Source: Nageia nagi (lineage: Eukaryota > Plantae > Pinophyta). Taken from it: a stretch of DNA of 64,000 nucleotides. Position numbers and translations under genes: made by a program. Where the stretch lies: positions 117,986,001 to 118,050,000 of the forward strand of contig JBITNC010000001.1 of NCBI GenBank assembly GCA_050084985.1. The letters are read 5' to 3'. This document shows, piece after piece, positions 40,113 through 53,140 of the stretch. The notes under the pieces were generated by a model. It was not told where the DNA came from and made no database searches. It saw nothing but the letters and a program-made list of their open reading frames with translations. Positions within the stretch are counted from its first letter, which is position 1, and each line of letters opens with the position of its first letter.

Positions 40113-42599
40113 TGTAGACCCTAAATTGTTATAAATACAAGTCTACTAATAAGACAACATTTATTCAATTGTACAATAATTAATATATGAAAAGTGTGCA
40201 CCTATTGTATAGAAGTGATATATGTACAATCCTCAAGGTGTAGCACAAATAAGAAAAAGGATTAGATTGGATCAAGGGTGAACATATGAAGCTATTATGT
40301 TACCTAGATTAGAGTTTGTTCCCCCTAAAATCTAATACCTTAGATCATAAAGTAGTACAGTGCACATACTATGCGAGAGCTATGATGTGAGAACCTTAAA
40401 ACTTATGGAATTAGATTATTTGTAAAGTATAACAAGTAAAAAAACCTGAAAATATAATAGATCTTTAAATAGGTGTCATCTAGAGACATCAAAAGTATGA
40501 TGCATAGGATAACAACTTATTAGAGAGATCTGATGGGGATGCCAACCCTCAATTCCTCTATTTATAGCCTACAAGGATATAGAAAGGAGTGAAAGATAAC
40601 TTATATCAATAATATAATATTTGTAATATTCATGATACATTTTAAAATATAGACCATGATAAATGATATTTCATTGGTCCTAGCATATGGTATTACACTA
40701 TAATATCAACTTTATCTTAACTTTTATAATTATTTCTTTCATTATTTAAAGAATTTTAAAATATGATTTATTAAATAATTAATAAATAATTTTTAGTCAT
40801 CTATATTTTTCCCCTCTTTGTATATGAAATGAAAGAAAATTTGAAATTTCATAATCCAAAGAAGTCTAGAGAAGTAGAAAAACTTTTTAAAAGTAAGGTG
40901 TACTTCCCTAAAATGAAGGCTATGTTGAATATGATATCTAATTTTTTCCCTTTTCTTATTTTATTGACATTTGCTTTAGGTTATATGGGGTTATCAAGCT
41001 AAAATTATATCATGTATATGGAGAAGTGATGGCACCTTTGGTCCAATTCTTCAAGATAATATGTGGAAATAAAAGATATAATACCCATATAAATCACATC
41101 CATCAAAATAATAATCAAAATAAGAGGAAGGATAAAATTAATATAATATGATATATTTTGTTAGACTACTATTGTTGTAACTTATAATCTTTATTTGAGG
41201 ATGATCCTTATCAAACTAATGTGGTCAAGATATGCCCCAAGCTTATAAAATGTTCTAGAATCATATGACTTGCAATTTTGAAAATACTTATTTATGAGGT
41301 TGCCACGGCCCAAAATTTTAGATTTTTTTAGTAGAACATACATTGTCATTGAAAAATAGTCATAATAAATTCAAATTTTATGTTTATGTAATTACAAGAT
41401 ATTTAATAAAATAATGGTCTAAGGTAGATGAATAGGAATAATTTTGCAATGAAAATCATTGAATATTACAAGTTTGGTACCTTAAAGATAGTAGCAGAAT
41501 GACAAGGGTGTCATGGATTATATAGAATTTTTAAATCTTATCTTTAGCAATTTTGTTAACGATACTCAATAAAATATGAATTCATGTAGTAAACATATGT
41601 ATGCAATATATTTTAAAACAAATAAACATAAGATATTTTTAATATAATGTTAATATTAAATGTATAGCATCAATACTTTATAAGGCATTGATATTATGAA
41701 ATTAATTGAATTAGTTTTTGAAAAAAGAAATGATAAATTGGTAATATATTTTGCTTCATAGAAAAATACTAAAAATCACTTTTTTATGTATCTTTTTTAA
41801 TATTTTAACATCAGGTACATAATTTAGGGTTTTGGATGAAAATAACAAAAGATGAAAAGGCAAATTCCTTTTGTCACTTTCACTTGTCTACCTACCCATC
41901 TAGATCCCAAACAATTTTACTCATGTTGCTGACTATGATGTTTAGTATTCTTATTTGTGGTTTTTAGTGGGTTTTTCCATGAAGTAGGGCCCACTTTACT
42001 TATTTTCATCATTGGATTGATTTTTTACCTTATTGACATGGCTAAAGTTTACTAGAGGGTTATTAATAGGCCTTTTGCAAGGAGAAAGGGGCATCAAGAA
42101 AAATATTTAAGTACCTTACTTGCAAAACACATAGTAGGCCACATCCCTTTCCCTTTTACCATTTGTTATGTATCAATTTTCAATATTTTGGTTAAACCCT
42201 AGGGTTTTTATTTCTCATTTTGGATTGTTATTTTCAAAAATAAGTAAAATAAGTAGAGGGCTTTAAGGATTTTATGTATTTTTATTGTAATTTTAAGCTT
42301 TTATATTTGCAATAGGGAGTGTTTTGTGTTATTGAATACATCATATCTTTCTTGAACATTATTATTTCCCTTTAGAATTTTCCCTTATATTCTTATGTTC
42401 GATATCGGTCATTTATATTTTATAATTTACTATTTTGGTAATGGAAATGGTATTTTTGTATGTTTTTCCATCTTGGGGGAAGTATACCTATATTATTTCC
42501 CCCTATCATTTACTCACATATGTTATTTTGATTTTAATGCTTTACAAATATAACTACTATGCATGCTAACCATATATTTAATTTGTTATTACTTCAAGA

Positions 42600-44450
42600 T
42601 AGAAAACACTTGGTTAGAAGTTGGCCTATGAACTTAAAGGCCCTAAAAAAGGTAGAGGAATTGGATTTGGTTGAGCAATGATAGTAAGAATCTTAATATT
42701 GTAGACATGTACAATCTAGTCATAATAAGCCATGTTCAGATTGACTTCTATTATTGATAACACTTTTTGAGTGTTGGGACATGGATTCTAACACTTTTCA
42801 TCTCCCACCCAAGGAGATGATGGTTACCCTCCTTGATGTGTATAGGATATGGCATATTCCCATTTTTGGGAAGCTTGTTACCCAAGCCACTATTGATTAC
42901 CACTTATTGTGAGATAATATTTTACCTAGTTGATTAGAAATGCAAACCATGACTAGGAGTAGAGAGCAACATGGTTACACATTGCCTACCAGTATGACCC
43001 AAGGGTGAAAACACTCTAGTAAATGGTAGCCTCGATGAGAGCAACATTCTTGTATCCAAATTAGAATAATTTCATATTTTCACTTGGCTTAATTTGAATC
43101 ATGTGGGAGATTTATTCCCATACAATGAAGTTTTCTTAGGTATCGAGCATTTTACCCTAATTATATAGATACTTACTTCACATTATTTGGGTGGATAATT
43201 CTAATATCACATTATCCCATTCTTATTTACTCTAAGTTTGGGCCTATGTACATATTATATTGTTAAATCATGTTGGTTTGATGAGACAAAGAAATGATGC
43301 CAAATACCCAACCTTGTATTTTTGGTTATCTCATCTTGGATATTATCAATCTCCATGTGATATAGAGAGTAGAAACAAAGAGGTGGATGCTCTCCAATTT
43401 GGGTATATTATATTGGTGGCCTACAAGGATTACATATGGTATGAGGATGCCTACCAGCTTGCTTGGATAAGGAAATAATATTTCCTACAAACTTGATGGA
43501 AGGGGTTTGAGCCTTACTACCCTAGTTGGGTACAGAGATAATCTAGGATTAGGCAAGACATATTAATTGCATCAATATATTATTTAAGATAAAGGAATGA
43601 ATAAGATTCCCCCCATGGTACCTTTATTATACCAATTTTTAGCCTATATGGGAGGATCCTAGAGAGTTAGATATGATAATGACCACATCTTTCACTCCTA
43701 CGATGATTCGGGGATATGAGACTTAGTGGGAAGGCATCATGCCTACCCCTATTAGATAAGACATATCATACAATGAGGATATGATGAAGGTCTCATTATA
43801 TTATTTTATATATGAGGATGAGAAGAATATGGAAATGCCTTTTGTTTATATTCCTTTGGATATTCCACCATCCCCAACATCCATAAACACTACTCCCATG
43901 GATCCAACTATTGGCTTTAGCTACTCCATTAGTTTCTAGAGGTATGATCTTATACTTTGAGTTTTATCTTATTGTTTAATTTTTTATTTGTTTCTAGAAT
44001 AATCTATTTGGTTGGGCAAAGGAGTTTCTAGTCTAGATTGGAGGAGGAACTAGCAAGAATTTAGCCTCTTAAAGCTAAAGTAGAGAGATTCAAACAATAG
44101 GAGGAAAACATAGTTAGGTTAAGGCTTATTGAGACCATGGTTACATAGATACAAACTACATTAGCTAAGGTACATCATATGATTATTGAGAATTATGGTA
44201 ATATTTTACAGTTGGTGCAAGCCAATAGGAAACTCCAAGAGAGATTAGACATGCCTACCCATAGTGAGTCTTGGGAATTTATGTCTAAGCAAGTGAATGC
44301 TCAACAAAATTTGGTGTAACGATTAGGTAGCTTAGGGAAAAGTATGGAAAAGGCAAAGATTTATTGGTTTCCCATAGGATTAGTGTTAGAGCGATATTAA
44401 CTTATATGTCCATCTCAAGTGACAACAATATGAGGAAGAGTTATAGGGTT
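42600..44450 (+). pseudogene. Plant mobile domain (aminotransferase-like PMD, MAIN/MAIL1-type) ORF remnant, antisense to element D
   Basis: From 42769: ECWDMDSNTFHLPPKEMMVTLLDVYRIWHIPI (cf. ERW..ETNTFHLP.GEMTITLEDV..IL.LP); L*VWAYVH near 43230; acidic and coiled-coil-like tail. Confidence 0.85.
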
Positions 44451-45329
44451 GAGAGTAGAAGTAATAGAAGTAGTGAATGCCACTCATGATATTGTACTCA
44501 GATATTTGTATGTTATATATATTGCATTTTATGGGTTCAATTTAATTATGTTATTATATGTTTATATTATTTTAATGTGTATTTTATATATTATATATTA
44601 TATGTATGAAGAATGAAGAAGTCATAACTAAGCAATAGTTAAATGAAATATAAACATAATGGTAGATAATGAAAATACATGCTTTTATGATTTTGGCAAA
44701 AAAATTTGTAAATTTGTAACAACAAAGAAGTTTTTGTAGTAAAAATGGTATGGCAATTCTTATGTATACTTTGAAAAACTATTTGGACTATATGAAAATT
44801 GACACTATGCTTTATTTTTTCTAGAGTAGGAGATACCTGATGTGAACACTCTATGAACATAGGTATGGCATCAACACTCTAAAATTTTATAAAGTGTTTT
44901 AAAAAATGTATAGGTGATTTTGATAATACTAACATAGTAGCTTATTTAGATGAAGATGAAGACAATAGAAATTAAATAAATACAAAACATTTACAACATA
45001 AAAATGCAATATTATACATAGCATAATTTAGAAATTTTAAATTTAATTGATGATACAATATACCTGGGTGGCTTTTGGGATCCACCTACAATTTCTTAAT
45101 CTAGGAAAGAAGACTTGGACCTTTTTAGGTGTAAGATTCATGGTGTGGACAACATGTTGATAATTTTTTATAGTGTGAGCACATTGGATTCTTTGAAATT
45201 GAGTGTTGTTATTTCTTGGCATAATTCTTTGATTTCCAATGGATGATTATTTGCATTGTGTTGTCTTACAACTATTAGAAAAATAATATTTAATATAATG
45301 TGTATTACTTACCATTCAATTCCATCCTC

Positions 45330-45885
45330 TAGGTTGTTGAGTTATCTTGTGAAAAGGATCTATGAAAATTCCTAACTAGCCATTGTCAGGATGAACAAGG
45401 CCAAAATCCCTCTCATCTTACTTTGGACTACCATCAATCTAGATAACCTTTTTCTCAATAAAATTTTGTATACTATTTCTTAAAGTCCTACAATTTATTA
45501 TTAGGTGTGTTAGTTTCCTATAATAATTAGAAAACTCTTCAAATCTATAATGTTTAGGAATTCTATTTGGAAAATGATTCTAAACCATGGGTGGAAGATC
45601 AATAAGATCTTTATCCAACAAACAATTTAGAATATCATCAACATTTTCATTCAAATTTATAAATTTTTGTTTTGGTGGATTTGGTTTTTTATCAACACTT
45701 ACCATTATTGTTTCCTGCATTAGAGTTTTATAGTTATTTACCTTTATGTTAGTAACCTTTTGAAGCTCTTTATAATTTTGCAAAATAAAAGGTTCCTTTT
45801 TAAGTAATTTATATATAATATTTCTCAGGTAAATATTATCATAATAAAGTACTTTTAATTTAAATATTATCAATAATGCATCTAC
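45330..45885 (-). pseudogene. gag: C-terminal part of element D gag
   Basis: ORF 45580-45873 ..DILNCLLDKDLIDLPP, then INCRTLRNSIQNFIEKKVI (decayed knuckle region). Confidence 0.75.
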
Positions 45886-46549
45886 AAAAGTGTAGACTAA
45901 AAATAAGGTATAAATAGTAAATCAAAGCACTATTTTTCTCCAATATAATATTGAAGCATATATCATAAATATGGCATCTTTATGAACATGATAAATGAAA
46001 TGTCTTTGAAAAATCCTCATCCATATGAAATAATAGGAATCATACATCAATCTTAATAACATACCATGAGAAATGAACACTGTTAATAGCCTTGAAGAAG
46101 CATGGCATTAAAATACCATAATATGCAAATCCATAAGTAGAAATGGAAATGCATGAAATAAGATGAAGGGTATAGTAGGTCTAATAATGGTGGTGTTATG
46201 AAATAGCTTTATTTTTTCAAATCAAATGATATTGCATGTTCTAGTCTTTTTCTTGAGCTATCCACTCATGTACAATTACGTTGCTTTTGATATTTTTTAT
46301 AGCAACATTTTGATCTTCTTTGATTATTGGGAGCATTACATATTACATTATTTGTGGTATCTTTCTTAATATTTGAAAACTCTTACATTATATAAAGGTC
46401 TATTATATTAATTATATTGCCTTGGGTATATTTTGATCCTTTATACAATAAATATTCCTTGATGCTATAAAATTAATTATTTAATAGAAGGGAATTATTA
46501 GGATGCCTTCTATTATTGAAAAGAGCATTAGGGGAATGGAGCATTAGAA

Positions 46550-49500
46550 GGCATACTATATTAGATGAATATTTATATAAGACTTCACCAATAATCACAT
46601 ATTTGGTAATTGTCCTCTTTCATTTCTATCATAATTCTCTAGAATTATTTGATCTTTCAAATAATTGTAAATATCAACATACCATTTTTAAGGATCATAT
46701 TCTAGAGAAAGAAGGCATGTATGTACTTCATCTAGTTGATCAAGGTAAGAAGGTGTACCAAGATTTCTATTATTGAGGATAGTTTCTTCATCTTCTATCT
46801 CAATTGGTGCTAATAAAGTTGCACTTTCCATTGCATTAGCATACCTATTGTTAGTCCTTAGAATATTTTAAATATTGTACTTGTCAAACTTATCAAAAAA
46901 TTTAATAACCACTATCTTATATGGTTTCAATTTCAAATATTTTGTATTATATGTATCATTGACTTGCTTTACAACAAGCTATGAATCACCATATATTTCT
47001 AAATCTTTTATTTTTATAGCCATAGTTACTTTCAATCCCAAAATCAAAGCTTCATATTTTGCCATGTTGTTAGTGCAATCAAAGCCCAGTTTATATGCCA
47101 TAGGAATTACATAATTGGAAGGTGATATTAGAAAAAGACCTGAACCTACCCTATAATTACATTTTGATTCATTAAAATATAACATCAAAGATATAGGTTC
47201 ATCCTTCATGTAGCAAAAAAACTCATCTAGGAATACCATTTCTTCACCATCACATTGTTGACAAAATTCAGATAGTGTTGTGCACCGTTGATAGTGTGAG
47301 TCCTCATCATATTCATCCAAAAATTCTTTATGCACCACTATACCATCATTCTAGAGAAATTTTGCTATCAAGTCTACAATTGCCTATCCTTTCACAAATT
47401 TTTGCTTCACCACATTGATGTCAAACTCTTACAACAACATCAACCACTTAAATATCCTTCCTAACAAATTCTTCTTTGCTACAATATATTTCAATGTATT
47501 AATTGGGCTAACAACATATGTAGTGATATACAAAAAATAATGCCTTAGTTTCTATGTAGTAAAAATAGTACCAAAGAAAAGCTTTTCCATAGGGGTATAT
47601 CTTGTTTCATAATCTATGAGAGTTTTTCTAAGATAATATATTGCTTTTTCTTTATTTTCATTATCTTTTTGGTACAACATTACCACCAAGGAATATGATC
47701 TGGTTGATATGTAAAGATATGCTTATTTTTCAAAATACATAGGCACTAAAATAGGAGGATTTAACAAATACTATTTTATATCTCCAAATTCCTTCTGACA
47801 CTTATCATCCCATACAAACTTGAAGTCATTTTTAAATAAATGAGTAAATTACCTACACTTATCCCCAAGTTAAGAAATGAACCTTCTTACTAAATATATC
47901 TTCCCTTGAAGACTTTTTAATTATTTGAGGTTCTTTGGGATTATTATACTCAATATGGATTTTAAATTCTTTGGATATACCTTAATACCCCTTTTTGAGA
48001 CCATGAAAACAAGTAATTTTCTTGAAGTAACACCAAAAACACACTTTTTGAGGTTTTAGTCTAAGCTTATACTTTTTGAGAATATGAAATACCTCTTCAA
48101 GGACCTCTAAATGATCTTTGCCTTGCTTTAATTTGACAAAAATATCATCAACATGCACATCTACTTATTTATTAATATGCTTCTGGAACATAGATACCAT
48201 AGCTTTTTGATAAGTAACACTTGCATTTTTCAATCCAAATGGTTTAACCTTCCAAAAAAAATATCCCTAAGGTGTAGTAAAGGCATTGTTACGTTGAGTA
48301 CCCAAATGATTAAAACTTTATTATATCCTGAAAATACATCCATAAAAGATAAAGTATCATGACTAAAAATACTATCTATAATAATATCAATATTTGGAAA
48401 TGGAAAATCATATTCTAGACAAGCATTATTGATGTCTCAAAATTAGTACAAACTCTTATCTCTCCAATAGGTTTAGTAACAATAAAAATGTTAGACATCC
48501 ATTTTGAATAATCTATGGGTTTAATGAATCCAAAGTTCAAATATTTTTCAATTTCTTTCTTGACTAACAATGCCTTAGAATGATTCATCTTTCTTTTTTT
48601 GATTTAATAGCCATGGCTCCTTCCTTAAGTGGTAAATTATTCATAGCAAAAAAGGGATCTCAACTAGGCATATCAAAATAAGATCATGCAAAAAAATTAA
48701 GATTTTTCAATAAACTTATTTTTGTACCTTTATTGTTGAGGTGTTGGAAGGGAAGCTCTAACATTTATCAACTTCTCATCATCACTTGTTATAATGTTGA
48801 CATCTATTAATTCTTCTGATGGGAATGTTAATTCATCATTATTTTACAATAATTAAGGTAACTCTTCCAATCCCTAAATGTCACCTATTTCATCATATTC
48901 TTGTTGAACATAAAATACTTCATTAAAATTCACCTCTTTCCAAAAATACCCATACTCACTAAGAATGTATCTTGTTTATCATTTTTAATTTGATTTAGGC
49001 AACTTTAAATGTGCTCCCATGTATTCTACGATATCATCATCAATATTAAAGTGATCAAACTTAAGTGGTATAGTATCATCAAGTCATAAATCTTCATCAA
49101 TTTCATTAGAAAGATCAATTATATTGCATTCTTTAATAAACTTGATAGATCCCATAGTGTGTTTTGTATTCTAACCACTACCCAATCCATTTTTAGTTTT
49201 ATGGGCTTTTAAAGTAGTAGGAAAACAAGACATGCCTTGTTCTAATTTACCTAAACCCCCTCATTCATACTTGTAATTTTCTATCATGTACTTATGTACA
49301 AAAAGGAGATAGAAATGTTTTACAAATTGTGTTCTTCTTCTGATCCTTTTTTGAGGTAACTAGGTTGGAAGATATTATTGCTATAGAGCAAAAACATCTT
49401 CTTCTTCACTATTTTTACATCATTAATAGCATGAAGAAACTATTGTACACTCTTAATGGACCTCAATATTGACTATTTTTGATCATCCCAAATATTTAAT

Positions 49501-50130
49501 GGACACTAATGAATCAAAATTCTCAATTTTGTATATTCCCATTTCTATCTCTAAAATCTGAAGCTATTTTTCCATTCTTACCACTACTAATTCTTTTCCT
49601 AGATGTTCAATTTCATATCTAGGACAAGTCATGGTGAATTACTTTACTTCTACTACATTGCCTAAAGCATATGGTTTTGGATCACCTATTATTGTGTGTA
49701 CCTCATCTTGGTATTCTAATTTCAACTTGCCATGCATTGTTGATGGTATCGCATCTGTATCATGAATACAAGGTCTTCCTAATAATAGGTTATAAGATAA
49801 TTTTGAATCCACAACCTAAAACTTAGTTTCAACTATTCTAACCCTTATTGTGATCAAAATTATATCTAATTCAAGTGGCTTTTGTGATGAACTATCAAAT
49901 GCTTTAATTCAAAATGTGGTTTTTCTAAAGGAGGTATCTCTATACATTTCTCTTGAATTTGTATTAAAAATTTAAGAGAACACACATTAACAGCTGATCC
50001 ATTGTCTACAATTGTTCTTTTTATTTTCCATCCTTCTACAATAGGTATGATATACAAATATAAACATTTAGAAAGAATTTCTTTACTAAGTTTTTTCAAA
50101 CCTATAAAATGAAATTTCATCACATTTCTT
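46550..50130 (-). pseudogene. pol: pol remnant PR-G-patch-RT-RH-aRH of element E
   Basis: PR IVDNGSAVNV (ORF 49866-50123); G-patch GGLGKLEQG..GLG at ~49180-49290; RT HVDDI near 48150; aRH LYFN..CTNNMAKYEALILGL..GDS (ORF 46979-47338). Confidence 0.93.
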
Positions 50131-50149
50131 AATAGAACTAAGTTTTTCT

Positions 50150-51350
50150 AAAAGCATAGCAATAGCATATTAGTGGGAACCATTTCCTTTTTGAACAAAG
50201 CATATAATATATCTTGATGCATTTCAAATGTAGATATGAGATCATACAAGATAATATTAAAAGGAGTAGTTTTCAATTTCTCAATCATGTTATAAGATTT
50301 AGGACTAGGTGGGACACTTACTTATTTAGTAGTAATTGGATTTGGAATCTTTTTTAGATTCCCCCTTCTTAATGTAGCACAAATATTTTTATTCACTAAA
50401 ATTGTGTTTACTGCAACCTATGGATATGAAGCATTCTAAAACTACAGCTCCTAATGCTTTACAAAAGTTTGTAGAATAACCTCTTCTTTGATGATAAGCA
50501 CAATAAGCATAAAAGTTTTCCATTGAAACACTATCATCTTACACTTTTGTATCTATTGGATATAATAAACCTTTCTTTATCAAATATCTCAAAACAAACC
50601 TTAGCTGAATTGGAAATGTATACCTTCTATCTCTTATTGTGGTTGATCTTGTTAATGTAGGGGTAGGTGCAAGTGTAGATGCATCAACCATATTTACTAT
50701 CTTTTCCTCCTTGAAGTATGCCTTATGATTCTTCTTATTCTAAGGAGTATATGCATACTTGATATCTCCTAACTCTAGAAAAATATTTTCTTTTTCTAAC
50801 GATTCTTTTGCCAAAATCAAAAATCTAATACCTTTCTTATTTCAAGCATGCAAATTAATAATTGGTAAAAGAGAATCTTTGAATATACTATAAATTTTAC
50901 TCCCATCCAATTTTCTATGAATAGATTGCCATACCTTAATGAATCTCTAAATTTACTTATCTAAGTTTTTATTACTAAGCTTGGTGCAAGGAACATAATT
51001 CTTTAATAGTTCCTTGGTCTTTGATATTATGCTTGTATTGATTCATGAATACCTACATTAATGATTTGAATGAATCTATGGATCCCTCTAGCAAATTGTA
51101 GAAACATTAGCTAGTATCACCTTTTAAACTTTTTGAGAAATTTTTTTCCATCATTTTCTCCTCTGATCCTAATTTCAACAAGCACTCTACCTGAAAGCTA
51201 AAAATATGTTAATTTGGATCTTGATCACCACTAAACATTTCGAACTTGGTGGTATTTTGATTGGGTGGTAGGGGATAATTGTGGATATCATCTAGTAAGT
51301 GTGTGGTGAAGAAACCATCATAATTCTCTTCTTTTTACTAGGATATGTTA
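50150..51350 (-). pseudogene. gag: gag remnant of element E
   Basis: PKFEMFSGDQDP, FQKSLKGD, YNMIEKLKTTP..LYDLI on the minus strand. Confidence 0.8.
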
Positions 51351-52242
51351 CTATTCTAAAGATTGGTTACCCTTGTAGCTAAGGTTGTATCTATAATTGA
51401 CTATAAATTACTACCTAAATTTGCATTATAACCACTTGCTTGGCTAAATCTTGCACCATTTTAGCCAAGTTCTCTAAAATTTGCTCTATTTTCTATGCTA
51501 AAGAAAATGTAAAAATAGTCTTTGGATGTTGTTAACAATAATAATTTATCACATAAATCTCATGACATCTCATTGGTAGGGCAAGATGAATTGAAATAAT
51601 TAGGTTCCCCAAAATATAGACTAAAAATAATGCATAAATAATAAATCAAAGCACTATTTTTATACAATGTAATATTGAAGTATAGATAAAAAATATGGCA
51701 TCTTTATGAACATGATAAATGAGATATCTTCATTAGATCCACACCTATATGAAATAATAGGAATCATACATTAATGATAATAATATACCATAAGAAATGA
51801 ACATCGGTAATAACCTTGAAGTAGTATGTTATTAACAGCTCACAATATGCAAATCCATAAGCAAAAATGGAAATGAATGAAATAATATGGAGGGTATAGC
51901 TGATCTAAGAATGGTTGTTGTTACGAAATACCTTTATTTGTCAGATAAAATGATATCACATGTTCTAATCTTTTTCTTGGCTATTCACTCATGTCCCATT
52001 ATGTTGCTTTTGATATTCTTTTATATCAACATTTTGATCCTCTTTAATTCTTACGATCATTTCATATTACATTTTTTATGTTGTCTTTCTTGATATTTGA
52101 TACCTCATAGATTATACAATGGTCTATTACATTGATTACATTTCTTTGGATATATTTTGATCCTTTTTACAATAAATATTCCTTCATGCTATAAAATGAA
52201 TTTTTAATACAAGAAATATAATTTTTAGGCATCTACAAAAAG

Positions 52243-53140
52243 TATATTTTAAATCTTATTCAGTAGCAGTAACTCTATTGAAAACTTTCTACCATAATTT
52301 CAAAATTAGCTAAATATTAATCACTTTCTTTCTTACTTCCACATAAATTATTAAATTGACTTTTATCTTGAATGTTATACTTGAAATTACCAATAAATTG
52401 TAAAATAAGATCATCATATTTATCAATACTTTTTTTGGGAAGAGAAAAATACAATTTTAATGCATCATCTTTCAAGCTACTTGAAAATAATTTAGTAAGC
52501 AAATCATGGTTATGAAGAAATTCAATAACTTCCTCCTAAACATTTCTAACATACATTTTTGGATTTGAAAGCCATCAAATTTTGTAAATTTAATGTTCTT
52601 TTTATAATTTAATACTTTACAAGCAATTATATCACTCAAAGGACCTTTCAAGCAAGATAAAAAAATCACCTTCTTCATTATAAAGTTTTTTTTTTTTAAT
52701 TCATTATTAAAGTTTGGAACCAAAATTAAGTGCATTTGTAGAAGTGGATCATGCAATGAAAGGTTGACAACAAGTTGTGGTTTTTTTTAGGCTTTGGGAT
52801 GTAAAATAGGAGATGGAACTATAGGTTGACTATTTTGAGGGGTTGGTGGTTGGGATTAGGGGGAAATATTTTGAGGAGGAGGTGGAACTATGGATTGAGG
52901 AATTTGGGTTGCTTGTATTCTTTTCAACTTGACTTCTTTCAATTTTAGAAAAGGACCAATTCTATTGAGCATTTGTTCCTCCATATTATCTAATAGATCA
53001 AACATGAAATCTAGGTGTTTATCGTCAGTGGATTTTTGGAAAGTATCAAACTCTTGTGCATCCATACAAATATCAATTTTTATTTCATATTCTTCTTGAT
53101 TCCAATTAATTTTATTTTTATAAGTATTATTAATCAAAAT
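52243..53140 (-). pseudogene. gag: N-terminal part of element D gag
   Basis: KFTKFDG, MLTKLFSSSLKDDALKLYFSLPKKSIDKYDDLILQF (ORF 52317-52502), preceded by a Pro-rich segment. Confidence 0.85.

Larger units (their letters stand above)
45891..52237 (-). mobile_element. Tat/Ogre-like element nested in the gag of D, integrase deleted (element E)
   Basis: LTRs 45891-~46490 and 51615-52237; TGTAGA..TCTACA termini; TSD AAAAG at 45886-45890 and 52238-52242; decayed tRNA-Trp PBS (TTTTGGGGAACCTA on minus) at 51601-51614. Confidence 0.92.
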
